Shown: one piece after another, positions 44,111 to 53,656 of the stretch | How positions within the stretch are numbered: position 1 is the first letter of the stretch | How the letters are laid out: every line of letters starts with the position of its first letter | Source of the DNA: Thermoanaerobaculia bacterium | Lineage (GTDB): Bacteria; Acidobacteriota; Thermoanaerobaculia; UBA5066; Gp7-AA6 | Length of the DNA stretch: 64,000 nucleotides | Direction of reading: 5' to 3' | Assembly: GCA_035498405.1 (NCBI GenBank) | Contig: DATKAE010000027.1 | Location: forward strand, 64,154-128,153 | Program-made: the position numbers and the translations under genes | Notes under the pieces: model-generated | What the model was told of the DNA's origin: nothing | Seen by the model: only the letters and a program-made list of their open reading frames with translations | Database searches by the model: none

Positions 44111-46141
44111 TCAGTCGGCAGCGCGAACTCTCGCGAGGGACTTCGCCACTTCCGGCTGATCGGGCCTCAAGGCAAGTGAGCGCTCGAGCAGCCGGATGAC
44201 CGCCTGTCGATCGGCCAAACAGGTCTCGAAGAGCGCCAGATCGTTCATCGTCTGCGGATCGGTCGTGCTCGCCTCGAAGCGCGTGAGCGCCTCCACCGCG
44301 CCCCGGCAGTCCTTCGCACGATAGAGCAGCAAGGCAAGCTCGCGGGCGACCGCTTCGTTGGCAGGGTATGCCTTCGCCGCTCGGAGGAGCAGCGACTTGG
44401 CGGCGGCGGCCCTTCCGTCCCTCTGATACTCGCGCGCCCAGGAAGCGACGGCCGCCGCCGGGTCGGTCTTGAGCGCCGCGAGCGACCGCAAGAGCCACTC
44501 CTCGGCCGCGCGCGTGTCTCCCCGCTCGCGGTACAGCAGCGCGAGATTGAACATCGGCGAGTAGTAGCCCGGGTTGAGCCTCAAGGACTCGTCGAAGGCC
44601 CTTCGCGCGGCCGAGAAGTCCTTCCGCGTCTCGAGCTCATACATGCCGAGGTTGTTCCAGGCGCCTTCCGTCATCGCCGGCCGGTCGCCACCGGTCGGAG
44701 CCAGAGGCTGCGCCTGCCCCGGCGAAAGGTAACCGAGCGCCAGGAGCTTCCTGGCGTACTCGCTCGATTGCTCCGCTGACATCGTCGCGGCGGCGACACG
44801 GCGCACCACGAGGCCCGAGAAAACGTCTCTCTTCGGCACTGACGGGAGCTCGGAAAACGGCGCACGCAGCGGCGATCCGGGCATCCGCGAGTCGGCGGGA
44901 AGGTCCTGCAGTGCCAACACGGTCGGCGCCACGTCGAAAAGGCTCGCTCGGGACCGCTCCGGCGAGGGCACCACGCGACGACCCCAGGCCGCCAAGACGC
45001 CCTCCGGTCGGTGCCAGAAGGCGGCCGTGCTCCAGCTGCCCGACGCAAACCCGCAAGGCCGGTCCGCGCCCCACTTGAAGCCGTGGTCGGAGTGGACCAG
45101 CAGAGTTGCACCGTCCTCCTCCGCGCGCCGCATCCACTGCCCGAGGATTCGGTCGATCGCCGAGTAGTAGGTCTCGACGACGCGCCGGTACTTCGAAAAG
45201 TCTGCCTCGGAGACCGAGGCGCAGTCCGTGCGCGGCGGGGTGAACGGGGCGAAGAGGTGACCGACCTCGTCGGTGCCCTCGAAGTAAACCGCCTCGAGCT
45301 CGGGCAGATCGCGGTCGTACAGGTCGCGCGCGATCCGCTGCGTGATCCGAGTGGCGGCGAGAATGCGGGACAGCGCGACGATCGGATTCTCCATGCCGGC
45401 CCCCCCGGAGAGCGCGGCCTCGACCTCCGAGGAAGGCGCCTCGATGTACGCGGCGAGATCCCCGGCCGCAACACGCGCTTCGCGACGAACCACCTCCGCG
45501 ACACCGGCCTCGAGCGGCGCCGGGAAGGCGACGCCGGAAAGGGACAGCGCATCGAAGAGGATCGGGCTCGCATGATCGCTGACGAAGGAGCCGTTGACCT
45601 CCTCTGCCGGATGCGTCGCCCACCAGCCCACGACGCCGACCCTGCGCCCCCCGGCCGATGCCACATTCCAGACCGCCGGCACCGCGCGCGAGAACCCGGT
45701 GATCGGAACCTTGCGCCCCGTCTTCGGCTCCACCTCCTGGAAGTCGAGTACACGGTGAATGTCCGGCGCGACGCCCGTAGCGGCCGTCGTCCAGAGGATG
45801 GGCGAGATCAACGGAAAGAAACTCTGCAGCCTGGCCGAGTAGCCTTCCGCCGTCAGGCGCTTCCAGTTGGGCATTCGGCCCTCGGCCGCCAGGCGGTCGA
45901 GGAGCTCCCAGTCGAGCCCGTCGAGCCCGATCCAGATGACCGGGGGACGCGGGCCCGGCGGGCGTCTCGCGCGCGAGGAGACATCCGCCGACTCGACCGA
46001 TGAAGCCAGAGTCGACGCCGAAGAAACCGCTCGAGATCCCGCTTCCCTGTCGCGCTTCTCGCCGCCCCGACAAGAGACTGCGGCCAGGCCGGCCAACAGA
46101 AGCGTCGCGAGACGGTCACGCCGGCTCATCCGGCGCACCAT
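44111..46141 (-). CDS. Alkaline phosphatase superfamily (type I phosphodiesterase/nucleotide pyrophosphatase-like) protein with C-terminal TPR repeats
   Basis: Lipoprotein-like signal. 'VIWIGLDGLDWELLDRLAAEGRMPNWKRL' and 'HSDHGF' are present. The C-terminal TPR region includes 'AWNNLG'. An alternative ATG lies at 46129. Confidence 0.75.
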   Translation of the reverse strand: MVRRMSRRDRLATLLLAGLAAVSCRGGEKRDREAGSRAVSSASTLASSVESADVSSRARRPPGPRPPVIWIGLDGLDWELLDRLAAEGRMPNWKRLTAEGYSARLQSFFPLISPILWTTAATGVAPDIHRVLDFQEVEPKTGRKVPITGFSRAVPAVWNVASAGGRRVGVVGWWATHPAEEVNGSFVSDHASPILFDALSLSGVAFPAPLEAGVAEVVRREARVAAGDLAAYIEAPSSEVEAALSGGAGMENPIVALSRILAATRITQRIARDLYDRDLPELEAVYFEGTDEVGHLFAPFTPPRTDCASVSEADFSKYRRVVETYYSAIDRILGQWMRRAEEDGATLLVHSDHGFKWGADRPCGFASGSWSTAAFWHRPEGVLAAWGRRVVPSPERSRASLFDVAPTVLALQDLPADSRMPGSPLRAPFSELPSVPKRDVFSGLVVRRVAAATMSAEQSSEYARKLLALGYLSPGQAQPLAPTGGDRPAMTEGAWNNLGMYELETRKDFSAARRAFDESLRLNPGYYSPMFNLALLYRERGDTRAAEEWLLRSLAALKTDPAAAVASWAREYQRDGRAAAAKSLLLRAAKAYPANEAVARELALLLYRAKDCRGAVEALTRFEASTTDPQTMNDLALFETCLADRQAVIRLLERSLALRPDQPEVAKSLARVRAAD

Positions 46142-46207
46142 AACAAAGCGATTCGCCGCGTCTGTTTGACCCCCCCTGTCCGGGGGGTTACACTGCGCGG
46201 TTCCGAC

Positions 46208-46285
46208 GGTGGGTGTAGCTCAGCTGGTTAGAGCGCCAGACTGTGGATCTGGATGTCGAGGGTTCGAATCCCTCCACTCACCCCA
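46208..46285 (+). tRNA. tRNA-His (anticodon GTG)
   Basis: Cloverleaf folded by hand. Has the extra G(-1) paired with the discriminator C, anticodon loop CTGTGGA, T-loop GGTTCGAATCC, and an encoded CCA. Confidence 0.9.
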
Positions 46286-46297
46286 AGTTCGTTCTTT

Positions 46298-46375
46298 GCG
46301 CCCGTAGCTCAGTCCGGATAGAGCGTTAGCCTCCGGAGCTAAAGGTCCCGCGTTCGAATCGCGGCGGGCGCACCA
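46298..46375 (+). tRNA. tRNA-Arg (anticodon CCG)
   Basis: Acceptor stem GCGCCCG/CGGGCGC, anticodon loop CTCCGGA, T arm CCGCG-TTCGAAT-CGCGG, and an encoded CCA. Confidence 0.9.
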
Positions 46376-46447
46376 CCTCCTCCAATGACTTAGCAGACCC
46401 CGACTCCTCCTCCGACTCCCGATTGTCCGTGTTTGGTCCGTGTTTGC
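46330..46447 (+). repeat. Direct repeat copy 1 (3' 46 nt of tRNA-Arg plus ~72 nt downstream)
   Basis: 46330-46375 is identical to 59685-59730. The following ~72 nt are about three-quarters identical and end in the shared tandem GTCCGTGTTTG x2. Confidence 0.75.
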
Positions 46448-46501
46448 TTTTCGGGACCAGCTGCCTTGCTGAGGTAACGCGTTTTTCGTCGCGAGCATTC
46501 T

Positions 46502-49087
46502 TCAGGCCGAGAGCTCGCGCTGGAGCCACTCCCGGGCCGCTGCCCACTTACGTTCAACCGTAGCGGGCGAGATTGCCATCGCCTTCGCGACCTCGTCGAT
46601 CGTCAGGCCGCCGAAGAACCGCAGCTCCACGACGCGACCCTGTTCCGGATCGAGCGCGGCGAGCTTCTTCAGCGCGTCGTCTACGGCGATAAGGTCGGCG
46701 TTGCGAGGCAGCGACATCGCCTCGGTCTCCAGCCGTGCCGGCACCTTCCCTCCGCCGCGCTTCTGTGCGGAACGCCGGCGGGCGTAATCAACCAGGATTT
46801 CGCGCATCGCCCGCGAGGCGACCGCGAAGAAATGAATGCGATTCTGCCAGTCTGCGTTTGGGCGGTTGACGAGCTTCAGATACGTTTCGTTGACGATCGC
46901 CGACGGTTGCAGAGTGTGCCCGGCCCTTTCACTGCGAAGGTGGCTTTCGGCCATCTGATGAAGGTCGCCGTGCACGAGGGAGATGAGCCTGTCGAAGGCG
47001 GATTTCTCCCCCGCCTGCCAGGCGAGGAGCAAGTCGGTGACGTTTTCGGGCTTCGGCGCGTCGTCCCGTCGATCATTCCTGGACGGCTCGCTCTCTTCGG
47101 GAAGCACCCCACTCTGGATGCCGGGACCGTCGAGAGTCTCGACGGCCTCCTCTGACTCCTGCCTTGCGCTTGCCTTCGCCGTCGACAGCAAACCGCCTGC
47201 GTCGGCCGACCATGCCTGCGAGGGCCAGCCCCGTCGTCCACCAGGCTCGCAGCGCTCGAGCAATTCCGCTACAGCGGTCGCCCATGCTTCGATGTCGGAC
47301 GGGCGATCCAACTTCGACTTTGCCAACGCCGCTTCGAAGAGGTGGTCGAGCTTCGGCGGTGAGCCGGGCAGGAAATCCGACAATGCCGGGGCGGACTCGA
47401 AGAGGACCTTCAGGATCACCTGCGCGACCTGCCTGCCCTGCACCATCTTGTGCCCGGTGGCCGCCTCCCAGGCGACGCAGGCCAGCGAGTAGACGTCTGA
47501 TCGCTCATCGAGGTCAGCCGATTGGACCTGCTCGGGCGACATGTAAGCCGGTGTCCCCACCGCGTTCCCGGCCTGCGTGAGGCGTGCCTCGAACCGGGCC
47601 GAGAGCGCCACTCCGAAGTCGAGCAGCTTCGCCTGGAAGCCGCCGGAATCGGCCACGAGGAAGATGTTTTCGGGCTTCACGTCGCGGTGAATCACGCCCG
47701 CGCGATGTGCGGCAGCGAGCGCCGCGCTGGTCTGCCGAAGGAATCGCGCCACTTGCTGTGGTGTTCCGGCACCGTACTCGACGAGGAGACTCGAAAGCTC
47801 TCTGCCCTTCAGCAGCTCCATCACGAGAAAGGCCGATCCGTCGTCCAGCTCGCCAACGTCGAAGAGAGCCGTCACACCCGGATGTTGAGCGCGCGCGATG
47901 ACCTTTGCCTCCCGCTCCAGCCGGACCCGCATCGCCGGGTCTCCGAGAAATGCTGCCTTGATGATTTTCAGCGCGACGTTGCGGTCGAGCTTTTCGTCGT
48001 AGGCTGCAAAGACCGTTCCCATCCCGCCTTCGCCCAGAAGTCTCTCGAAGCGGTACCGCTCGTTGACGCGAAACGGAAGAATCCGCGACGCGTCGAGTTC
48101 GGCGCCGTCGCGTGCGCACCGGGCCCCCGGGCCGCTCTCCCCCCGCCCCGTGTCGCCCGTGCAGGCGCGGCAGCGAGGGCAGACGAGCAGGGCCTCGATC
48201 CCGCGCTCGTGCATGGCCCGCCGTGTCATCGCTCGCTTCGCTTCGGCCTCGGACAACTGGCGCTTCAGGGAGCGCAATTCCAACGCCGTTCCGAGATGAT
48301 GGGCGAGACCGGAAATCACGCGACGCTGGGTATCGCCAAAAGAGCGTGCCGGGCCGTCGATGACGAGGGCCCCACACGGCTCGGTCATCATTCCCATGAC
48401 TGGCACGACGACCGAGCCGCCCGCTGCCATGAACTCGACGTTCGCCCCCGGACCCTTGAGGCGGTTGGCCGGGGGAGGAGACGTACCCCCCGCCGCGAGC
48501 GGCACTACCCGGTCTTCCTCCAGAGCCCAGACGCCGATTTCCTTCGCTCCGATGGAACGCGCGACCTCGGCTGCCATTGCCGCGGCCCAGGCCGAGGTGT
48601 CTTCGAGCTGACGCGACGACGCCGAGAGGCGGGAGATCTGGTCCTGTGCGATGCGGATCTGCTCGTAGGCTTCCTTCAGTTCCAGGTTCTTCGATTCGGT
48701 CTCGCGCTGTAGGCGCCAGATGGTGAGCTGGTTCTCCACCCGGGCTATGACTTCCTCCGCCTGAAACGGCTTCGTGACGTAGTCGACGCCTCCGGCTTTG
48801 AAAGCCTTGACCTTGTCCAGCGGCTCGTCCAGGGCGCTGATGAACACAACCGGGATGTCTCGCAGGGCGGCGTCGGCCTTCAGCTCACGGCACACCTCAT
48901 AGCCGTCCATCTCCGGCATGGTGATGTCGAGCATCACGAGCTCGGGACGCTGCGCCCGGATCATCGCGAGAGCTCTCTTTCCCGTGTTTGCCGCACGCAC
49001 CCGAAGGCCGGCGCCGCGCAGAATCCCGGCCAGCAGCGAGAGGTTGCCAGGATTGTCGTCAACGAGGAAGATTTCGCCCGTCATCAC
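46502..49087 (-). CDS. REC - GAF-like - Ser/Thr protein kinase - ECF sigma factor (PF07638/TIGR02999-like) fusion protein
   Basis: Single 861-aa ORF. REC domain ('FLVDDNPGN', 'MLDITMPEMDG', 'KPF'). Coiled coil plus a GAF-like segment. Cys cluster 'CPRCRAC'. Kinase domain (GEGGMGTVF, VALKIIK, HRDVKPEN, DFG, 'GTPAYMSPEQ'). C-terminal sigma region ('LLLAWQAGEKSAFDRL', 'IVNETYLKLV', 'ELRFFGGLTIDEVAKAMAISPATVERKW'). Start is GTG 49087 or ATG 49084. Confidence 0.85.
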   Translation of the reverse strand: MMTGEIFLVDDNPGNLSLLAGILRGAGLRVRAANTGKRALAMIRAQRPELVMLDITMPEMDGYEVCRELKADAALRDIPVVFISALDEPLDKVKAFKAGGVDYVTKPFQAEEVIARVENQLTIWRLQRETESKNLELKEAYEQIRIAQDQISRLSASSRQLEDTSAWAAAMAAEVARSIGAKEIGVWALEEDRVVPLAAGGTSPPPANRLKGPGANVEFMAAGGSVVVPVMGMMTEPCGALVIDGPARSFGDTQRRVISGLAHHLGTALELRSLKRQLSEAEAKRAMTRRAMHERGIEALLVCPRCRACTGDTGRGESGPGARCARDGAELDASRILPFRVNERYRFERLLGEGGMGTVFAAYDEKLDRNVALKIIKAAFLGDPAMRVRLEREAKVIARAQHPGVTALFDVGELDDGSAFLVMELLKGRELSSLLVEYGAGTPQQVARFLRQTSAALAAAHRAGVIHRDVKPENIFLVADSGGFQAKLLDFGVALSARFEARLTQAGNAVGTPAYMSPEQVQSADLDERSDVYSLACVAWEAATGHKMVQGRQVAQVILKVLFESAPALSDFLPGSPPKLDHLFEAALAKSKLDRPSDIEAWATAVAELLERCEPGGRRGWPSQAWSADAGGLLSTAKASARQESEEAVETLDGPGIQSGVLPEESEPSRNDRRDDAPKPENVTDLLLAWQAGEKSAFDRLISLVHGDLHQMAESHLRSERAGHTLQPSAIVNETYLKLVNRPNADWQNRIHFFAVASRAMREILVDYARRRSAQKRGGGKVPARLETEAMSLPRNADLIAVDDALKKLAALDPEQGRVVELRFFGGLTIDEVAKAMAISPATVERKWAAAREWLQRELSA

Positions 49088-51681
49088 GCCTCCACGCCGA
49101 CCTTCTCAAGCAGACTAAGCAACTGGTCAACCTGGAAGCCGGCGATCGCTTCCTTGAGCGCGTCGCCAAGCGCAGGGTCCGCCGACTGGATCGCCGCGAC
49201 AAGCTTCCCGGCTGCCTCGTCGTCCCCGATGTCGAGGGCCCCGCGCAGCGGCGCCAGAAGCCCGGAAGGCAGTGCAGACAGCCGGGCCACAGTCAAAACG
49301 CCGGACGCCGGTGCGGCGCTCCCCGCGACCTCTGCTTCGTACTCGAAGCGAACGCCGAGGTGGACCGAGAGCTTCTCGAAGACGGCAGCCTCGCGAAACG
49401 GTTTCGCGAGAAAGTCATCGCAGCCGCTTTCGACGACTACCGCTCGCTCGTGCTCGAGGGCGCTCGCCGAAAGCGCGACGACCTTGACCGGCGTCCGCCC
49501 TCCCGCCGCCGTGCTCGCCTCGGCCTCGCGAATTGCCTTCGTCGCCGTCAGACCGTCCATGACCGGCATGCGCATGTCCATCCAGATGAGGTGGGGTTGA
49601 AATTCGCGCCACAGCTCGACCGCCTGCTCGCCGTTGGTCGCTTGCCGTACCTCGAAGCCGACGGACTCGAGAAGCTTCGCCAGGAGAATGCGGTTCTCCG
49701 GGACGTCGTCTACGACGAGAAGCCGGAAGGCGGGTTGGCCCACCGCAAGCCCGACCACGGTCCGCTCCTCCTCCAGGTACCGGGCGCTCTCGCCCTCTGC
49801 CACAAGCGGTAAGAGAGCGGTGACGGTGAACGTCGAGCCATGCCCCCGTTCGCTCCCGACGGTGACATCGCCTCCCATCAGCCGCGCAAAGTTCCGGCTG
49901 ATCACGAGGCCAAGGCCCGTCCCTTCCTTTGCCTTCTCCCCGGTCGCAGTTTGCACGAAGGGTTGGAAGAGCTTGGCGAGCTCTTCCGGCGTCATTCCAG
50001 GGCCCGTGTCCTCCACCTCAAGGGTTCCTTTGCCCTCGCTCCAGGAGACCCGCAGGACGACCCGGCCCTTCTTGGTGAACTTGATGGCGTTTCCCATCAG
50101 GTTGATGAGAATCTGTCGCAGCTTGCTCTCGTCTCCGACGATCGCTCGCGGCGGAGACGAGAGCGGCTCGAACACGAAGTCGAGACCCTTGGCCTCGCAC
50201 CGGGGTCTGAGCATCTCTGTAAGGCCCTCGAGAAACGGGAGCAGGTCGAACCTCGCCGGGCTCAAGCTCTCTTTTCCCGCCTCGATCTTGGACAACGACA
50301 GCACGTCGTTGATGAGGTCGAGAAGATGCTCACCGCTGCGCAAGATGATCCGCAGGTGCTCCCGATGGTCACGGGGCAAGGAGCGGTCTCGGTCCATCAG
50401 CTGCGCAAAACCGATGACCGCGTTGAGCGGGGTCCGGAGCTCGTGGCTCATGTTCGCGAGGAACACGCTCTTGGCTCGATTCGCGGCCTCGGCCCGCGCG
50501 CGCTCGGTCTCCGCCTCGGCGCTGTGCTGGTCCGCGGCCTTTCGAGCGACCTCGGCGTCCTGGAGGGCCGCGCGCAAATCGTGCGTGCGCTCCTCGACTT
50601 TGCGCTCGAGCTGGCCGTAGGACTCCTTCAGCTGCACGGCCATGCTGTTGAATTGGCCGGCCAGGCCCTCCAACTCATCGCCCGTCCTCACGTCGATCGA
50701 CTGATCGAGCTGGCCCGCTCCGATGCGCGCGGCGCCAGCTTGCATCGCGCGGATCGGCTCGACCATGCGGCGCGCCAGAAACACGCCGGCGACGACGGAG
50801 GACACCAAGCCGACGAGGAGCAGCAAGCCTGTTCGCCGAAGCGAGGCATCCAGCGTCGCAAACGCCTCCTTCAGCGGCTGTTCGACGAAGACATGCCAGC
50901 CGAGCGGCTGAATGCTCGCGTAGGCGGCCAGAACCTCTCGCCCGCGCGGGTCGCGCGCGATCGAGACCTGCTGGCTCTCGTCGTTCTCCTTTGCTCCGAG
51001 GGCAAGGCGCACCTGGGGAAGCGCGGACAGATCCAGATTTTTCAGCACCTGGCTGATGTCGGGGTGTGCGATCAACCGGCCGCGGCCGTCGATCACGTAG
51101 GCGAGGCCGTTCTGACCGATCTTGATACGCGAGATGACGTCCCAGATGAATTTCAGATTCACTTCGGCAACGGTGATGCCGGCCGCCTCGCTGCTTCCAG
51201 CGACGGCGATCGTTATGTAGGGTTCCGTTTCCTTTCGGAAGTAGACGGGGCTGAAGTAGGTCTTTCCGGAAAGCGGTACGGTGACCCTGGGGTCGGACGA
51301 AAAGTCCGCGTCGCTGCTGGCGACATTCATGCTGAGCCGCGAAACGTGGAGCTGCTCCCTACCCTTTCGGTCGATCTGCGAGACGTCTGTGATCGCCTGA
51401 ACCTGGCGAAGCAACCGAAGGTATTCGAAGCGGCGCTCTTCGGGGCCGGCCTCGCCGAGCTGCGGCATCCCCAGCCAGCCAATCTCGTGCTCGATCTCGA
51501 GAACGTAGGCTTCGATCCGCGAGGCCGCGGCGCCCGCCTTCTCGCGTTGGAGGCGGAGTAGCTCATCGCGATTCTCGCGGTAGTTGGAGTAGACGCCGAT
51601 CGCCCCGCTCGCGATCAGGGCGAGAGTGACGAGCACCGCGAAGGAAGCGGCGTACTTGAGGAAGAGCGAGCCGCGGCGCAT
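49084..51681 (-). CDS. Hybrid sensor histidine kinase (TM - Cache-like periplasmic domain - TM - HAMP - HisKA - HATPase_c - REC)
   Basis: H-box 'MSHELRTPLNAV'. 'DTGPGM' and 'GTGLGL'. REC domain 'LLVVDDVPENR...WMDMRMPVMDG'. HAMP motif 'PIRAMQAGAARIGAG'. Confidence 0.9.
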   Translation of the reverse strand: MRRGSLFLKYAASFAVLVTLALIASGAIGVYSNYRENRDELLRLQREKAGAAASRIEAYVLEIEHEIGWLGMPQLGEAGPEERRFEYLRLLRQVQAITDVSQIDRKGREQLHVSRLSMNVASSDADFSSDPRVTVPLSGKTYFSPVYFRKETEPYITIAVAGSSEAAGITVAEVNLKFIWDVISRIKIGQNGLAYVIDGRGRLIAHPDISQVLKNLDLSALPQVRLALGAKENDESQQVSIARDPRGREVLAAYASIQPLGWHVFVEQPLKEAFATLDASLRRTGLLLLVGLVSSVVAGVFLARRMVEPIRAMQAGAARIGAGQLDQSIDVRTGDELEGLAGQFNSMAVQLKESYGQLERKVEERTHDLRAALQDAEVARKAADQHSAEAETERARAEAANRAKSVFLANMSHELRTPLNAVIGFAQLMDRDRSLPRDHREHLRIILRSGEHLLDLINDVLSLSKIEAGKESLSPARFDLLPFLEGLTEMLRPRCEAKGLDFVFEPLSSPPRAIVGDESKLRQILINLMGNAIKFTKKGRVVLRVSWSEGKGTLEVEDTGPGMTPEELAKLFQPFVQTATGEKAKEGTGLGLVISRNFARLMGGDVTVGSERGHGSTFTVTALLPLVAEGESARYLEEERTVVGLAVGQPAFRLLVVDDVPENRILLAKLLESVGFEVRQATNGEQAVELWREFQPHLIWMDMRMPVMDGLTATKAIREAEASTAAGGRTPVKVVALSASALEHERAVVVESGCDDFLAKPFREAAVFEKLSVHLGVRFEYEAEVAGSAAPASGVLTVARLSALPSGLLAPLRGALDIGDDEAAGKLVAAIQSADPALGDALKEAIAGFQVDQLLSLLEKVGVEA

Positions 51682-52661
51682 TACTCGATCACCTTGTTCG
51701 CCTGCAAGAGCAGCTCCGGCGGGATGGTCAGGCCAAGCGTCTTCGCCGTCCGAACATTGATGAAGAGATCGATGCGCGTCGGTTGTTCGACGGGGAGGTC
51801 GGCTGGATTCGCACCCTTCAAGATTTTCGAGACGAGACCCGCAGCCTTCCTGTAGAGATCTCTCCGGTTCGGGCCGTATCCCATCAACCCGCCATGGTCG
51901 GCGTACTCGGGGTAGCCGCTCATGGAAGGCAGGCCGTACTTCGCCGCCAGCTCCGCGATCTGCCGACTCTGCTGGAAGAGGAAGGAGTCGACGAGCCAGA
52001 CGAGAGCCTCGGCCTTCTCGGCCGCTGCTCTTGCCAGGGCAGTTTCAATCTCCGCGGGCGTTTTCGCCTCGAAGCTGAGGAGTCGGATCCGCCGAAGGCG
52101 GGACGCCTCGACGACTCCCTTGAGCACGGAGCCCATCGCCGGGTTGAAGAGCACCGCCACCGAAGAGAGCTTCGGCACCCACGCCGTGAGGAGCTCGAGC
52201 TGCTTGGCCGCCGTGTCGCTCAACAGCAGGGAGCAGCCGGTCGTATTGCCTCCGGGGTGAGCGAGGCTCTTCACCAGCCCATCCGCCACCACGTCGCCGC
52301 CTCCAACGAACACAATGGGAATTGTCTTCGTCGCTCCCTGCGCCGCGCGCGTGCCGGGCGTTCCGTCGGCCACGATGACGTCGACCGGCATCCTCGTGAG
52401 CTCATCCGCCAGGGCCGGAAGACGCGTGTAGTCGCCGCCCCCGAACCGCCACTCGATGACGAGGTTCTTCCCTTCGACGTAGCCTAGCTCGGCCAGGGTC
52501 GCCGGGACGGCGCCCCACGGGCTCGAATCGAGCGGCTCGGGCCGGGTGCGCGTCATTAGGCAGCCGACCCGCCAGATCCTATCGGCCTTCTGTCCTAGCG
52601 CGCCGCCCGGCGCCAGCAGCGCGGTGCACAGAAAGACAATCCCTCGTCGCTGAGGCTTCAT
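51681..52661 (-). CDS. PF04392-type ABC substrate-binding protein paralog 1 (orphan)
   Basis: Signal peptide. 'WRVGCL', 'HPGGNTTG' and the C-terminal 'ILKGANPADLPVEQPTRIDLFINVRTAKTLGLTIPPELLLQANKVIE'. Confidence 0.85.
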   Translation of the reverse strand: MKPQRRGIVFLCTALLAPGGALGQKADRIWRVGCLMTRTRPEPLDSSPWGAVPATLAELGYVEGKNLVIEWRFGGGDYTRLPALADELTRMPVDVIVADGTPGTRAAQGATKTIPIVFVGGGDVVADGLVKSLAHPGGNTTGCSLLLSDTAAKQLELLTAWVPKLSSVAVLFNPAMGSVLKGVVEASRLRRIRLLSFEAKTPAEIETALARAAAEKAEALVWLVDSFLFQQSRQIAELAAKYGLPSMSGYPEYADHGGLMGYGPNRRDLYRKAAGLVSKILKGANPADLPVEQPTRIDLFINVRTAKTLGLTIPPELLLQANKVIE

Positions 52662-53656
52662 TCGATCACCTTGTCCGCCTGAACGAGCAGCTCCGGCGGG
52701 ATCGTCAGCCCGAGGGCCTTCGCCGTCGTACCGTTGATGAGGAACTCGATCTTGGTCGGCTGTTCTACGGGGATGTCTGCGGGCTTTGCACCTTTGAGGA
52801 TCTTGTCCACCAGCCTCGCCGCGTGCCGATAGCCATCCAGCAAGCTCATTCCGTATCGAACGAGACCGCCCGCCTCGACGCCTTCACGGCTGCACACCAT
52901 GGAACCGGTCCGGTTGTCCAGAGCGAGTCTCGCGATGAGTCTCGAGTGCCCGAGGAAAACGGGGTCTTCAGGAACGAGGAGGGCCTCGGCGCGCGCGGCC
53001 CGAATCTGGTTGATGCCCGGCTCGATCTCCTCTCGGTTCCTCACCGAGACCGGCAGCACGCGAGTCCCGATCACGCGTGCCGCGTCCTCCGCACTCTTCA
53101 GCATCGCCCGATGCGCCGGAGTGTCGGGGTTCACGAACACGGCGAGTTTGGACAGGGCCGGAATCAGCTCCTTCAGGATCTCGACACGTTTCGAAGTGAG
53201 CTCGATGGCGAGCAGAGACATCCCTGTCGTATTCCCGCCGGGATGAGCGAGGCTCTCGATGAGGTGATTCCCTACAGGATCTGTAATTGCGGCGAAGACT
53301 ATGGGCGTCGTCCGCGTCGCGCCCTGAAGAGCCTGAGTCGCCACAACGCTGTGCGTCACCAGAACGTCGGGGCTCGTCCTGGTGAGGTCCCCGGCGAGCG
53401 CCGGGAGCCGATCGGCATGATCCTCGGCAAAGCGCCACTCGATGACGAGGTTCTTGCCCTCGACGTAGCCGAGGCCGCGCATCTCGCTCACGAAGGCGTC
53501 GTAGTAGACGTCCGGATGGGACGGGGTCGAAGGGAAGCGCGTCCCGAGAAATCCGACCCGATAAATCCTCTCCGGCGGCCTCGCAAAGACCGGCTGGGAC
53601 GCGAGGAAGGCCGCGGCCAAGCATGCGACGCCGATCCAAGGTTTCACGAGCTTCAC
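52658..53656 (-). CDS. PF04392-type ABC substrate-binding protein paralog 2 (orphan)
   Basis: Same family signature, ending '...LLVQADKVIE'. GTG start. 4-nt overlaps with both neighbours. Confidence 0.85.
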   Translation of the reverse strand: MKLVKPWIGVACLAAAFLASQPVFARPPERIYRVGFLGTRFPSTPSHPDVYYDAFVSEMRGLGYVEGKNLVIEWRFAEDHADRLPALAGDLTRTSPDVLVTHSVVATQALQGATRTTPIVFAAITDPVGNHLIESLAHPGGNTTGMSLLAIELTSKRVEILKELIPALSKLAVFVNPDTPAHRAMLKSAEDAARVIGTRVLPVSVRNREEIEPGINQIRAARAEALLVPEDPVFLGHSRLIARLALDNRTGSMVCSREGVEAGGLVRYGMSLLDGYRHAARLVDKILKGAKPADIPVEQPTKIEFLINGTTAKALGLTIPPELLVQADKVIE

